A stretch of DNA of 64,000 nucleotides, from positions 1,499 through 65,498 of the forward strand of contig CAYRNW010000006.1 in assembly GCA_964425745.1 (NCBI GenBank). Direction: 5' to 3'. Each line of letters opens with the position of its first letter. Within the stretch, counting starts at the first letter, position 1. Of this stretch, positions 46,717 through 55,690 are shown one piece after another. The notes below the pieces were generated by a model. The model worked only from the letters and a program-made list of their open reading frames with translations, was not told where the DNA came from and ran no database searches. The position numbers were made by a program, and so were the translations under genes. This stretch comes from an uncultured Eubacteriales bacterium (GTDB lineage Bacteria > Bacillota > JAAYKD01).

Positions 46717-48593
46717 ACTGGTAACACCCCCAAAGCCCTAGCATAGGATTGATTGCGACCAAACTGCACTTTGCCGGTGCTGCTGGTCAGGAGTTTTCCA
46801 TCTAAGGTTAAGGGTACATTGACCATAATCATGGGTTCACTGAGAGTATCTGTTCTTTCCGATTGAGTAGTATTCCAATTCAAGTCTCTGTTGCTTTGTG
46901 GGATGGCATTTTGCAATTGCTTCTTGACTTGCTTCATCTGTTCACTAAACCCTACGCCTAAACCGGATGCCATGTTTTCACCGATTCCGGCAAAGACTTT
47001 GGACGGAGAGCGGATACCTAGGAGACCTTTAATACCACCAACAATCCCCGTAAAGAAATCGTTCATCTTTTCTTTCAGCCAAGCCCCTAATCCTAAAATA
47101 CCTTGCCAAATCCCTCTCACGATTTCTTTGCCAATTTCCTTAAACTCGGGAGCTGCCGCTTTCATGGCTTCCACAATGGCTGTCACTACGGCAGGTAGTT
47201 GCTTTGTAATCTCTGGGATCGCCTGTAAAATACCGCCTATCAGCTTCAATAGAATCTCAGTTCCTGTTTTTAGGATCTCTGGTAAATTCTCAACGATGAA
47301 ACTTACAATGGCTTGAACAATCTCTGGTATGACTTCAGCAGCAACATCGATAATCGTTAAGAGCACCTCTTTGATTTGTGGGAGAACTTCTCGTACGGAA
47401 TCAATCGTTTCAGCTACCCCTGTCTTGATTTTTTCTCTGGCGTTCTCGCCACCGGTCAATAAACCAATTAAGCCTTCGACCACCAAATTGAACCCAGGCA
47501 GCAGGTCTCCCATAATGCTGTTCTTGACTCCTGCAAAAGCAGACTTCAAATCATCCAAGGAATCTCCAAAGACCACAGCGGCACTAACCGCTTCATCGCT
47601 CATCACAAAACCTAAACGACTGGCTCGATCGAGCAGTTGTTGGGTTGCTTCAGCAGTTGTATTTAACAATGGCAGCATTTCTTGGCCGCTTCTACCAAAC
47701 AGGTCATTGGCTAAAGCTGCCCGTTCGGTTTCACTGCTCATATTCTGCAAAGCCCGAATTGACATTTCAAAAATTTCTTCTTGGCTTTTCCCCTGAATAT
47801 CGTTAAGAGAGTAACCCAATCTGGTAAACATCTCCGTAGCGGTTTTACTACCTTTGGAAGCGTCATCCAGGAGATTTGTGAGATTCTTCATTCCGGCTCG
47901 CGTGGAATTGATGTCAATTCCAGATTGCTTCATGGCATAATTCCATTTTTGGTAACCCTCGCGGGATAAGCCTAAGCGCTGGCTCATCTTATCGACTTCA
48001 TCTCCGGCTTGAGTGGTTTCCATGGCCATGTCGAAGATGGCTTTCCCGGCAGCCACCGCTACTGTGGTTATCGCTGTTGAAGTTGCAGCGAGGGTTGCAC
48101 TTACAGCCTTCAAGGTTCCACCTAACTTGTTCCATTTCGAGTCACTATCTGAAGCTGCTTCTGCAACCGATGCGAGGGAGGACTTAAAGCGATTCATGAG
48201 GCTGCTCGTTTCCGAGGTTTGGTTTCCTAGTTCATTTAAGGTAGATTCGTTTTGTTTGACTTCTCGTTCCATGCCATTCAGCACAGCTTGCGCATTGTTC
48301 AGCTTAATGGTCCAGTTCTGGGTGCGGATATCGTTTTCGCCAAAGGAGGTTGCTGAGTTTTGTAGTGCATCTTTAAGTAGCTTCAATCGTTCCTTTTGGG
48401 CATCGATCTCTTTATTGAGGACTTGGTTTCTGGCGGTAAGCGCAGCCATGGACTGATCGTTTTTCTCAAACTGAGATTGGGTCAATTTCATTTCAGAACT
48501 GAGGACTTTGAAATTGGCATCGATTTCCCGCAGAGCAGACTTAAATTCTTTCTCGCCTTCAATACCGATTTTTAGCCCGAATTGATCACTCAT
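46713..48593 (-). CDS. Tail tape measure protein
   Basis: 626 aa, coiled-coil rich with Ala/Gly-rich TM-like core. GGAGGTGAAGGG SD. Sits downstream of the G/GT chaperone frameshift region. Confidence 0.8.
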   Translation of the reverse strand: MSDQFGLKIGIEGEKEFKSALREIDANFKVLSSEMKLTQSQFEKNDQSMAALTARNQVLNKEIDAQKERLKLLKDALQNSATSFGENDIRTQNWTIKLNNAQAVLNGMEREVKQNESTLNELGNQTSETSSLMNRFKSSLASVAEAASDSDSKWNKLGGTLKAVSATLAATSTAITTVAVAAGKAIFDMAMETTQAGDEVDKMSQRLGLSREGYQKWNYAMKQSGIDINSTRAGMKNLTNLLDDASKGSKTATEMFTRLGYSLNDIQGKSQEEIFEMSIRALQNMSSETERAALANDLFGRSGQEMLPLLNTTAEATQQLLDRASRLGFVMSDEAVSAAVVFGDSLDDLKSAFAGVKNSIMGDLLPGFNLVVEGLIGLLTGGENAREKIKTGVAETIDSVREVLPQIKEVLLTIIDVAAEVIPEIVQAIVSFIVENLPEILKTGTEILLKLIGGILQAIPEITKQLPAVVTAIVEAMKAAAPEFKEIGKEIVRGIWQGILGLGAWLKEKMNDFFTGIVGGIKGLLGIRSPSKVFAGIGENMASGLGVGFSEQMKQVKKQLQNAIPQSNRDLNWNTTQSERTDTLSEPMIMVNVPLTLDGKLLTSSTGKVQFGRNQSYARALGVLPV

Positions 48594-48605
48594 CCCTTCA
48601 CCTCC

Positions 48606-48803
48606 TTACAACACGTCATGTAAGATACTATCGATATAGAGTTCCTGTTTTGGTTTCTTCCACCCCTGGAGCTGCTCAAAAATCTCACGCTGATCCAGTA
48701 AATGTCCTAAGGGCATAAGCCATACTCCCTGTTCCGGACGTAGCAATTGAGTTACCCCACAAAAGATGAGCCGAGCAAACGATTCTTGATCGCTTACTCG
48801 GCT
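48606..48803 (-). other. Predicted -1 frameshift extension (gpT-like) of tail assembly chaperone. Open in the -1 frame from slippery site to TAA just before tape-measure RBS.
   Basis: 65 sense codons in the -1 frame with no stop (KKRVSRVSDQESFARLIF....DSILHDVL*). Confidence 0.6.
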
Positions 48804-49177
48804 TACACGTTTTTTGATTCATCTTCACTTTGCACGTGCTGCTTTTGACCCGCTTGTAATGCAGCTAAAATCGCTTCCCGGTAACTGGTGATTTCATATG
48901 GGTCCATCTTTAGTTCCAGTTCGCCTGGGGTTATCAACGGTTTGTTGGCTTTGTTCTCCAAGTTCTCAATGAGGATGCATTGATTAGCCAGGATAGCAAT
49001 CAGCCAGACAATCTCATCGATCATGCCAGCCCAATCCATGCTTTCCAACATCTTGTTTCCCAGCTCTTCCAAGCCTCCATAGCGTGTAGCAATCTCCCTC
49101 GTGGCTTTTAAGGTCAATAACAGGGGGATTCTTTCTTTCCCTAAAACGAGATAGGTGACTCTTGAATCATCCATCAT
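48803..49177 (-). CDS. Tail assembly chaperone (gpG-like)
   Basis: Acidic 124-aa protein between major tail and tape measure genes. Ends ..ESKNV* with AAAAAAC slippery heptamer just before the stop. Confidence 0.7.
   Translation of the reverse strand: MMDDSRVTYLVLGKERIPLLLTLKATREIATRYGGLEELGNKMLESMDWAGMIDEIVWLIAILANQCILIENLENKANKPLITPGELELKMDPYEITSYREAILAALQAGQKQHVQSEDESKNV
48809..48815 (-). other. Slippery heptamer A_AAA_AAC for programmed -1 ribosomal frameshift (G -> G-T)
   Basis: Minus-strand sequence gaatcAAAAAACgtgtaa. The heptamer precedes the stop by one codon. Confidence 0.6.
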
Positions 49178-49178
49178 C

Positions 49179-50057
49179 TTAATCACCCGTCACAGTCACT
49201 TGAGCCACATTGGAAGTTACTTGTCGAACCCCGGCGGTTAACACACAATAGTAGAAATAGTTGCCTGCAATTAGACTGGTTGGAATCGGAAAGCTCGCTT
49301 GGTTTGCTGATGGGATCGCACTTCCTCCCGAATTGCTGTTAGCGGTATTCACATGCCATTGATAGGTCAAGGCTCCAGCAGTACTGGTAGCAGTTACAGA
49401 CAGGCTTCCACTGATAGAACCTTCGATGAGCTCCGTCAATGCTACAGGTTGGTTCGTGATTTGGATGACAGGTGCTGTGGTATAGTCCGGCTCATATACA
49501 GATGCAAACCATTGACTGAAAACAAGACTTGGAATCGCTGGATTATCTTGATCAGCTTGGGCTCGCCAAGGGTGCTTATTTAAACCATCCAGCTTATTGC
49601 GTCGTAAAATGGCCCCCTCAATCGTGGGTGTTTGGAAGTTTATGGCATTGCCCTTAGTTTCGTACGATTCAGCGGGGATTCCAAACAAGACCCGGTAGAG
49701 CCAAAGATAGAGATACTTGCCGCTGGTTTTCTTGGAGCGAAAACCAATTGCTACTGGCTTCGCTTGCTGATCATTCGTGGAAACCAAGACACCATTGGAA
49801 TCCAAAACGGCTCCAGTTAAGTCTGCAGCGATGCTTGGGCCGATGTCTTTAATGCCAAATGTGATCGTGCCATCACTAAACTCTCTCAAGAGGGTGTCTA
49901 GGACATCGTCTGCATAAAGTTTTCCTTCAATGGTGTTAATTTGTAAATTTGCAGTCAAGGCTTTTGCCAAGGTGATTGGGGTTGCATAGGTTTCATTGCC
50001 GTTTATATCTTCGGTGATCTTGGCATAGAAAAGTTGATCTAAGCCGATTGTGGCCAT
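49179..50057 (-). CDS. Major tail protein with C-terminal Ig-like (Big_2-like) domain
   Basis: GGGAGGT SD. C-terminal VTATSTAGALTYQWHVNTANS..YYCVLTAGVRQVTSNVAQVTVTGD Ig-like fold. Confidence 0.75.
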   Translation of the reverse strand: MATIGLDQLFYAKITEDINGNETYATPITLAKALTANLQINTIEGKLYADDVLDTLLREFSDGTITFGIKDIGPSIAADLTGAVLDSNGVLVSTNDQQAKPVAIGFRSKKTSGKYLYLWLYRVLFGIPAESYETKGNAINFQTPTIEGAILRRNKLDGLNKHPWRAQADQDNPAIPSLVFSQWFASVYEPDYTTAPVIQITNQPVALTELIEGSISGSLSVTATSTAGALTYQWHVNTANSNSGGSAIPSANQASFPIPTSLIAGNYFYYCVLTAGVRQVTSNVAQVTVTGD

Positions 50058-50060
50058 TTG

Positions 50061-50399
50061 TTATACCTCCCATGGATAGTCTTTTGCTACATCGATGACG
50101 AAGTGATGATAACCTGTATCTGCCTCGTAACCAAGGTAGCGTCTGTCGGTGATGGTGATTTCTGCTTGAAGCAGAGTTTGGATGATCTGATTTTTGATAG
50201 TGTTATAGTTCCCCTTATCGAAGAGGGATAACCGCACTTCTTGGATTTCGTGTTGCGGATAGTTGTCCGCATAAAGGTGAAAGCTTTCAACTAAAGGAGT
50301 CAGAACCAGATAACGAGCTGGAGGGGTTTCAGAAAAAGTTCCTGTTTCGATGGGTAACAACGGGGATAGCAGGGTGTGGAGTGTTTCCAATAAACTCAT
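50061..50399 (-). CDS. Tail component protein (tail completion/DUF3168-like)
   Basis: 112 aa. ATGA overlap with the upstream gene. Confidence 0.5.
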   Translation of the reverse strand: MSLLETLHTLLSPLLPIETGTFSETPPARYLVLTPLVESFHLYADNYPQHEIQEVRLSLFDKGNYNTIKNQIIQTLLQAEITITDRRYLGYEADTGYHHFVIDVAKDYPWEV

Positions 50400-50827
50400 A
50401 TCTGCTCCAACTCCTTACTGAATTGCTGCTGCATCGCTGCCAGACATTCTTGCTTGCTGTTCGTTTTGGCTGGCTTCAGAAAAGGCTTAGCGGGTTGATT
50501 GCTCCTGCCATACTCTAAGATGTTGGCAATCTTGGCATTACTCGTACCATCTTTGCGAGGCTCTGAAAATCCAATCTTCACGTTGTAGTTGCCATCCCGA
50601 TCGATTCTTGCCGGAGTTGTACCCAAGGACTCCAAGAGCTCACCGGTAGAACGCGATTCCGTTTTGGTTTGATTTCCTAGGACCCCTTGCAAATTACTGC
50701 GAACTTTTCTCTCGACGACTTCTGCTCCGGCAGCTAGAACGTTGGGGAGGATGCTATCCGTTTTACTTCCTAACCGGGAAAGGCGCTTCAAGAACTCTTC
50801 CGGTAATTTGAAATCGACTCTAGCCAC
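50396..50827 (-). CDS. HK97 gp10-family protein (head-tail joining)
   Basis: Start taken at the GTG after AAGGTGGTG SD (VARVDFKLPEEF..). About 143 aa, typical for this family. Confidence 0.6.
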   Translation of the reverse strand: MARVDFKLPEEFLKRLSRLGSKTDSILPNVLAAGAEVVERKVRSNLQGVLGNQTKTESRSTGELLESLGTTPARIDRDGNYNVKIGFSEPRKDGTSNAKIANILEYGRSNQPAKPFLKPAKTNSKQECLAAMQQQFSKELEQI

Positions 50828-51155
50828 TGGAAGGCACCACCTTTTTTGCGAGTACTTCCCAATACATCCCTCGACCACGCACATTTTCTGCAGAAATGAT
50901 TTCATATCGTTCTTGATCACAGAGAATGGTCATCTCTGTGGTAATCTTTATGCCGGGGATGCTGCGGAAACGAAAGAGTTCGGTGGCTTCACTGAAGGTC
51001 GCTCGATTCGCCCACTTTTCACTACCGTGTCTTCCTTCGCGATATGCTTTAATTGTAGCTATGATCTGATCTACCTGCTTAACAAAGCCTTCTATATCTT
51101 TCACATAGGTGCTTTGAACAATCTCGATGGAGGTTTTCATCTTTCCAAGGCTCAT
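50820..51155 (-). CDS. Head-tail adaptor/head closure protein (SPP1 gp16-like)
   Basis: C-terminal TILCDQERYEIISAENVRGRGMYWEVLAKK pattern. GGGAGGTG SD before ATG 51155. Confidence 0.65.
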   Translation of the reverse strand: MSLGKMKTSIEIVQSTYVKDIEGFVKQVDQIIATIKAYREGRHGSEKWANRATFSEATELFRFRSIPGIKITTEMTILCDQERYEIISAENVRGRGMYWEVLAKKVVPSSG

Positions 51156-51156
51156 G

Positions 51157-51468
51157 CTACACCTCCCAATCTCGGTCAAGCCGGAGCAGCAAGTTTACCG
51201 TATTCCACACTTGCTGCCCAGCTTGTACATTGTCTGCAAAGAATCCAGCCGTGCTCCCATCTCTACTTTCATAAAAGTGGCTGGCTAACATAATCACAGC
51301 TTGTTCAGTAGTCGGTGGCATTAGTGCTCCGGCATAGTGCCCCGCTAGCTTGTGCTGATAGCTCTCCGCGTAAGAAACTGCTGCAGAGATATAGCTCTCC
51401 AGTAATGCATCATCCTCAGAGTGTTGCAGTACTAAGTTCGCTTTGACTTTTTCTAACAAGATACTCAC
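51157..51468 (-). CDS. gp6-like head-tail connector protein
   Basis: LLEKVKANLVLQHSEDDALLESYISAAVSYAE, typical connector N-terminus. The ORF-track GTG lies inside the SD, so the start is set at the next GTG. Confidence 0.65.
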   Translation of the reverse strand: MSILLEKVKANLVLQHSEDDALLESYISAAVSYAESYQHKLAGHYAGALMPPTTEQAVIMLASHFYESRDGSTAGFFADNVQAGQQVWNTVNLLLRLDRDWEV

Positions 51469-51490
51469 TATTGCCACCTCCTATCTTGTC

Positions 51491-51853
51491 TTAAGGTTGA
51501 TCTGCTGCCATGAATCCACTCGTTTTCAGCTTGAGCAACAATGCATTGAAATCTGCTACGAGTGCAGCAATCTCTGTAGCTTCGCTATTGGCTTGGTTGG
51601 CCATAACGGGAGCTTCCGGAATACTCGGATAGGTTGGCACATACAAAAGGCCTGTTTCGTCGATCTTGACCGGAACAGTATCGGCTTCAGATTTGCTAGC
51701 TGCAAGGATACCACCTAGAACCGTTTCTGTGGCGACTTGAAGAATAGGAGTAGGGAGCCCCGTAACAGAGGCCCCCTCTTTGATTTCCAAGGCACCACCG
51801 ATTACAGTTTTCTCTCCACCTTGTTCGGTATAGTTTTTGGTGTTATAGCTCAT
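51491..51853 (-). CDS. Hypothetical phage head protein (decoration/scaffold-like)
   Basis: GGGGGTGA SD 6 nt before ATG. Lies between the capsid and connector genes. Confidence 0.5.
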   Translation of the reverse strand: MSYNTKNYTEQGGEKTVIGGALEIKEGASVTGLPTPILQVATETVLGGILAASKSEADTVPVKIDETGLLYVPTYPSIPEAPVMANQANSEATEIAALVADFNALLLKLKTSGFMAADQP

Positions 51854-51866
51854 GAGTATTCACCCC

Positions 51867-53075
51867 CTAAGCTTTCTGTTGTAAGATCTTGACCGCTTCC
51901 GGAAGGATCAGCTTACCATCCACCCGTTGCGTGGCAACAAAGCCAACCTGACCGGTGACAGCGAACAATTCATTGAGTCGCTTGAAGACACGTCCCTGGC
52001 GGTCGGCAACCCAGTAATACCCTAGGTCACCGAAGATGATACTTTTAGCTGCTGAGGCGATGGTCGGCAAATAGGCTGAAGTGTAGATGGGTCGATTCAA
52101 GATGGTATCCGGAGTCCCTGCTTGTAGGGAAGGCTGCCATAAATACTGACCTTGACCGTCTTTCAGCTTGCGAATCGCTTTCACCGTTGAATCGTTCATG
52201 ATGAAAACTGCTTTCTTACGATAGGGTGCTTTCAATGCATAGAACAAGTCGAGGACTTCATCTACGGTAATGGCGGTAGCGCTAGCAGCGGTCACCCCCA
52301 GTTGAGCACCACCGGTGGCTGCCAACAGACCAGTAGGCTTACCGGAACCATCTCCGATAAAGAATGCTTCTTCCTCTTTGTTACCAATACGGCGTCCGAA
52401 TTCTTTCGCGATATAGGCTTCTAAGTTGAAGACACTGTCGTTAAGAAGCTCTTCTGAGACTTTGATCATGGTGGCGAGTTTGTAAGCCCCAATGGAAACT
52501 TGGTTAAAGGCATCATCCGTATCAGTGATGGTTCCTTCCTCGTCAATCCAAGCGGCGGTACCTTTAGAAGCCACCACAGGGATTTTGCGATCTCCGGAAG
52601 AGGTCGTGATGACTTTGGCTAGACTGCGGAAGATGTTTTCTTCCGTCAATGCTTCAATCAAGGTCCGTTCGAACTCATCCGGCACTAAGTAACCACCTTC
52701 GGTATCCGTTCCGACTTGCAGTGCATTACGAATGGTCGGATCTAGCCCTTCACCGGCGCGGGTGCGCATGGCATTCCAGAAAGCACTTTTATATTCGTTG
52801 GATGCACGTCCGGTTTTATTTTCGGCTCCTTGAGTAAAAGGTCGATTGGTCAGGGGAGTATTGAGCGGTTTGGCTAATTCCCGGTCCATGGTTTCCTGCT
52901 TTTCTAATCGCTCGATTTCTTTGCCCAGCGCAACCACTTCGTTTTCCATCTTTTCGTAGGTTGCAACATCTTCGGCAAGCAGCAAGCCATCTGTGCCGCG
53001 TTTCCCTTCCAAAAATGCTTTCGCAGCTTCCCAGGTCTTGGTGCGTTTTTCGCGTAACGTCAAAATTTGATTCAT
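51867..53075 (-). CDS. Major capsid protein, HK97 family
   Basis: N-terminal coiled-coil delta domain, then HK97-fold region. GGAGGG SD. Follows the ClpP protease. Confidence 0.85.
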   Translation of the reverse strand: MNQILTLREKRTKTWEAAKAFLEGKRGTDGLLLAEDVATYEKMENEVVALGKEIERLEKQETMDRELAKPLNTPLTNRPFTQGAENKTGRASNEYKSAFWNAMRTRAGEGLDPTIRNALQVGTDTEGGYLVPDEFERTLIEALTEENIFRSLAKVITTSSGDRKIPVVASKGTAAWIDEEGTITDTDDAFNQVSIGAYKLATMIKVSEELLNDSVFNLEAYIAKEFGRRIGNKEEEAFFIGDGSGKPTGLLAATGGAQLGVTAASATAITVDEVLDLFYALKAPYRKKAVFIMNDSTVKAIRKLKDGQGQYLWQPSLQAGTPDTILNRPIYTSAYLPTIASAAKSIIFGDLGYYWVADRQGRVFKRLNELFAVTGQVGFVATQRVDGKLILPEAVKILQQKA

Positions 53076-53095
53076 GTTTTTGTCCCTCCAAATAT

Positions 53096-53782
53096 TTAGT
53101 GTGGCAATAAAAAAAGCCGCTTCTCAAGCGACTCAGTTGGGATACTATTATGTTTTGGTTTCAGTTTCATATAGAGTGAGTTGGTGACAGCTCTACGACT
53201 AAAGGCATACGTAAAATCTTCAAGGTTGACTCGTTTTTTCTCGTCTTCCATGATCTGATCTGCAAAACCCAATTCAATGGCCTTATTAGCATTTAACCAG
53301 GTTTCAGCATCCATCATATGGGAGAGTTTGGTTCGGGATTGACCGGTCTTGATTTCATAGGCATTGATGATACTTTCTTTGACTTCGGATAACATAGAGA
53401 TGGCTTTCTGCATTTCTTCACTGTCCCCAATGGCTACGGTTAAAGGGTTGTGAATCATCATTAAGGCGGTCGGAGCCATTTGCACATTCGTTCCGGCCAT
53501 GGCGATAACCGATGCGGCCGAAGCTGCGATGCCATCAATCTTGACGGTGATCTTACCTTTGTAGTCCATGAGCATAGCATAGATCTGACTGGCTGCAATA
53601 CAATCCCCTCCCGGTGAGTTTAACCAGATGGTGATGTCTCCTTCTCCCGAGTGTAACTCGGCTTTGAAAGCGCGTGGAGTGATATCATCATCGAACCAGG
53701 ATTCTTCTGCGATGACTCCATCCAAATATAGGGTTCTTTCTTGAGTATTCTCATTTTTGATCCAGTTCCAGAATTTCTTCAT
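53096..53782 (-). CDS. ClpP-family prohead protease
   Basis: ClpP catalytic region LNSPGGDCIAASQIYAML..IDGIAASAASVIAMAG..MIHNP. GGAGGAAAA SD. Confidence 0.85.
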   Translation of the reverse strand: MKKFWNWIKNENTQERTLYLDGVIAEESWFDDDITPRAFKAELHSGEGDITIWLNSPGGDCIAASQIYAMLMDYKGKITVKIDGIAASAASVIAMAGTNVQMAPTALMMIHNPLTVAIGDSEEMQKAISMLSEVKESIINAYEIKTGQSRTKLSHMMDAETWLNANKAIELGFADQIMEDEKKRVNLEDFTYAFSRRAVTNSLYMKLKPKHNSIPTESLEKRLFLLPH

Positions 53783-55035
53783 TTGTTTTCCTCCGTTTCA
53801 TTTGGTTTAGCAAAAGCACCGGCATCTTGTAGCTTGGTCATGGCTCCGTTGATCAGGTATAAATCTCCTCCAAGTTCGGCCGGGATGCGATCGAGGTTTT
53901 CTAATTCACGAATATCATTAGCACTCATCCAGCCATTTTGTCGAGCTGTTGCATATCCACTCATACGACTGACGTAGTCCCCTCGAAGCAGTCCGTCTAC
54001 GTTGAATTTAATGAAAATCTTTGACTTTTCACTTTCCGATAATAGAGATCGGCACATGGCTTGTTCCCAGCGAACTACCCAAGGGTCTAGAGTGTATTTC
54101 ACAAACTCCAAGGACTGCTGCTCGATGTTGGAAAAAGAGGACTTCTCCAAATCGGCAAGCATGTGGGGCGGCACTCGGAAGATGCGTGCAATTTCATTGA
54201 TCTGGAATTTCCTCGTTTCTAGAAACTGAGCTTGTTCCGGTGAGATACCGATGGGCTGGTATTTCATCCCTTCTTCCAAGACAGCTACCTTGTGGGAATT
54301 CCCGCTTCCCTGATAGACCGTATTCCAACTGTCTTTGACCTTCTGTGGATCTTTGATCACTCCTGGATGCTCCAGTACACCACCCGGTGCTGCACCATTG
54401 GCAAAGAACTTGGCTCCGTATTCTTCTGTAGCAATGGCTAACCCCACTGCATTCTTCGCCATAGCAATGGGGGAGTAGCCAACTAGACCATCAAAGCCTA
54501 ACCCAGGGATGTGCAAAACATCTGAGGGTTGGAGATAGACTTCACTTTGGTTTCTTTTGGACGAAAAGTCCTCTGGGTTTCTGCAATACAAATAGAAAAG
54601 TCGACCGCTTGAATCGCGATCAACTGTCATTTTGTTAGGCATTAATGGGTAGAGAGCAATGACTTCGCCTCTGGCATTTCGGATGATTTGTGCATAGGCA
54701 TTACCCCAGAGTAGAAGATGGCTCATGAGGGTTTCTCGAAAAGCAAAAGAAGTCATTTCTGAGTTAGGCTCATCATGGAGGAGTCGGTAGAGGGAATGCT
54801 GCCAGTATTTTTCTTTTCCGCCGTTATCGGTATAACGATAAACATGTAACGGAAGACCGGCTACGGTTTCTGCAAGGATTCTAACACAGGAATAGACAGC
54901 GGTCATTTGCATGGCGGATTGCTCATTGACGGGTTTTCCAGAGCTGGTATTGCCATAAAAGAAGCTGTATCTGCTACCACCTAGGGCATTTTGAGGTTTA
55001 TCTCTTGAACGAAATAGGTCTTGCAAGATTCCCAT
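53779..55035 (-). CDS. Portal protein (HK97 family)
   Basis: About 420 aa portal-like protein upstream of the protease. Start at the ATG 9 nt after AAGGAG (ORF-track GTG 55044 abuts the SD). Confidence 0.8.
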   Translation of the reverse strand: MGILQDLFRSRDKPQNALGGSRYSFFYGNTSSGKPVNEQSAMQMTAVYSCVRILAETVAGLPLHVYRYTDNGGKEKYWQHSLYRLLHDEPNSEMTSFAFRETLMSHLLLWGNAYAQIIRNARGEVIALYPLMPNKMTVDRDSSGRLFYLYCRNPEDFSSKRNQSEVYLQPSDVLHIPGLGFDGLVGYSPIAMAKNAVGLAIATEEYGAKFFANGAAPGGVLEHPGVIKDPQKVKDSWNTVYQGSGNSHKVAVLEEGMKYQPIGISPEQAQFLETRKFQINEIARIFRVPPHMLADLEKSSFSNIEQQSLEFVKYTLDPWVVRWEQAMCRSLLSESEKSKIFIKFNVDGLLRGDYVSRMSGYATARQNGWMSANDIRELENLDRIPAELGGDLYLINGAMTKLQDAGAFAKPNETEENK

Positions 55036-55153
55036 GGGCATCACTCCTTGTTATAACTGAAGAAAAGTAGCGGAGCAAGATCGTTGAACAAACAGTTCAA
55101 ATAAGTGGATAGTTTAGGAGTTTATAAATAGAATTTGTATCTACTATTGCATT

Positions 55154-55205
55154 CCAATATTCGTTGATGTATCATCTACAATAGTTGACACATCAACGAA
55201 TATTG
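55154..55205. promoter_or_regulatory. Perfect 17-bp inverted repeat CCAATATTCGTTGATGT-N18-ACATCAACGAATATTGG overlapping promoter/RBS of marR-like gene (candidate MarR operator)
   Basis: Arms at 55154-55170 and 55189-55205. The spacer contains TTGACA. Confidence 0.65.
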
Positions 55206-55216
55206 GAGGGAACACT

Positions 55217-55690
55217 TTGGACATTACTCAAAGGAAAATCACAAAGATTGCTCGAGAAGTTAGTAAGTTTACTACACGGACTTTGAGGGCGGAAGGAATT
55301 GGGACTTCTGAATTCGACTTTATCCATGCTGTTCGTAAGAATCCAGGCATTACTCAAGCAGAAATCTGCAAAAAACTCGGAATCGATAAAAGTGCAGTGG
55401 CACGTCAAACAGCGAGCCTCGAAGCAAAAGGGTATCTCATCAGAAAGATCAATCCGGCCGATGGTCGGAGCCAACTCTTATATGCTACGCTGAAATCCGA
55501 AAGTCTAAAAACATCAAAAGCACATGTTGAAGCTCAATTTTATGAATGGCTGTTAGCTGGATTAGGCCGGAATGAACAAGAGGAATTTGTAAAGTTACTT
55601 GATATTCTATATCAACGGTGTAAAAGTGAGAGCAAAGCAGATTTTGTGACGATTAGCGCGCTTGTGATGGAGGCGAATCAAAATGAATAA
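55217..55690 (+). CDS. MarR family transcriptional regulator
   Basis: Winged HTH ITQAEICKKLGIDKSAVARQTASLEAKGYLIRKINPADGR. TTG start 6 nt after GGAGGG. Confidence 0.8.
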   Translation: MDITQRKITKIAREVSKFTTRTLRAEGIGTSEFDFIHAVRKNPGITQAEICKKLGIDKSAVARQTASLEAKGYLIRKINPADGRSQLLYATLKSESLKTSKAHVEAQFYEWLLAGLGRNEQEEFVKLLDILYQRCKSESKADFVTISALVMEANQNE

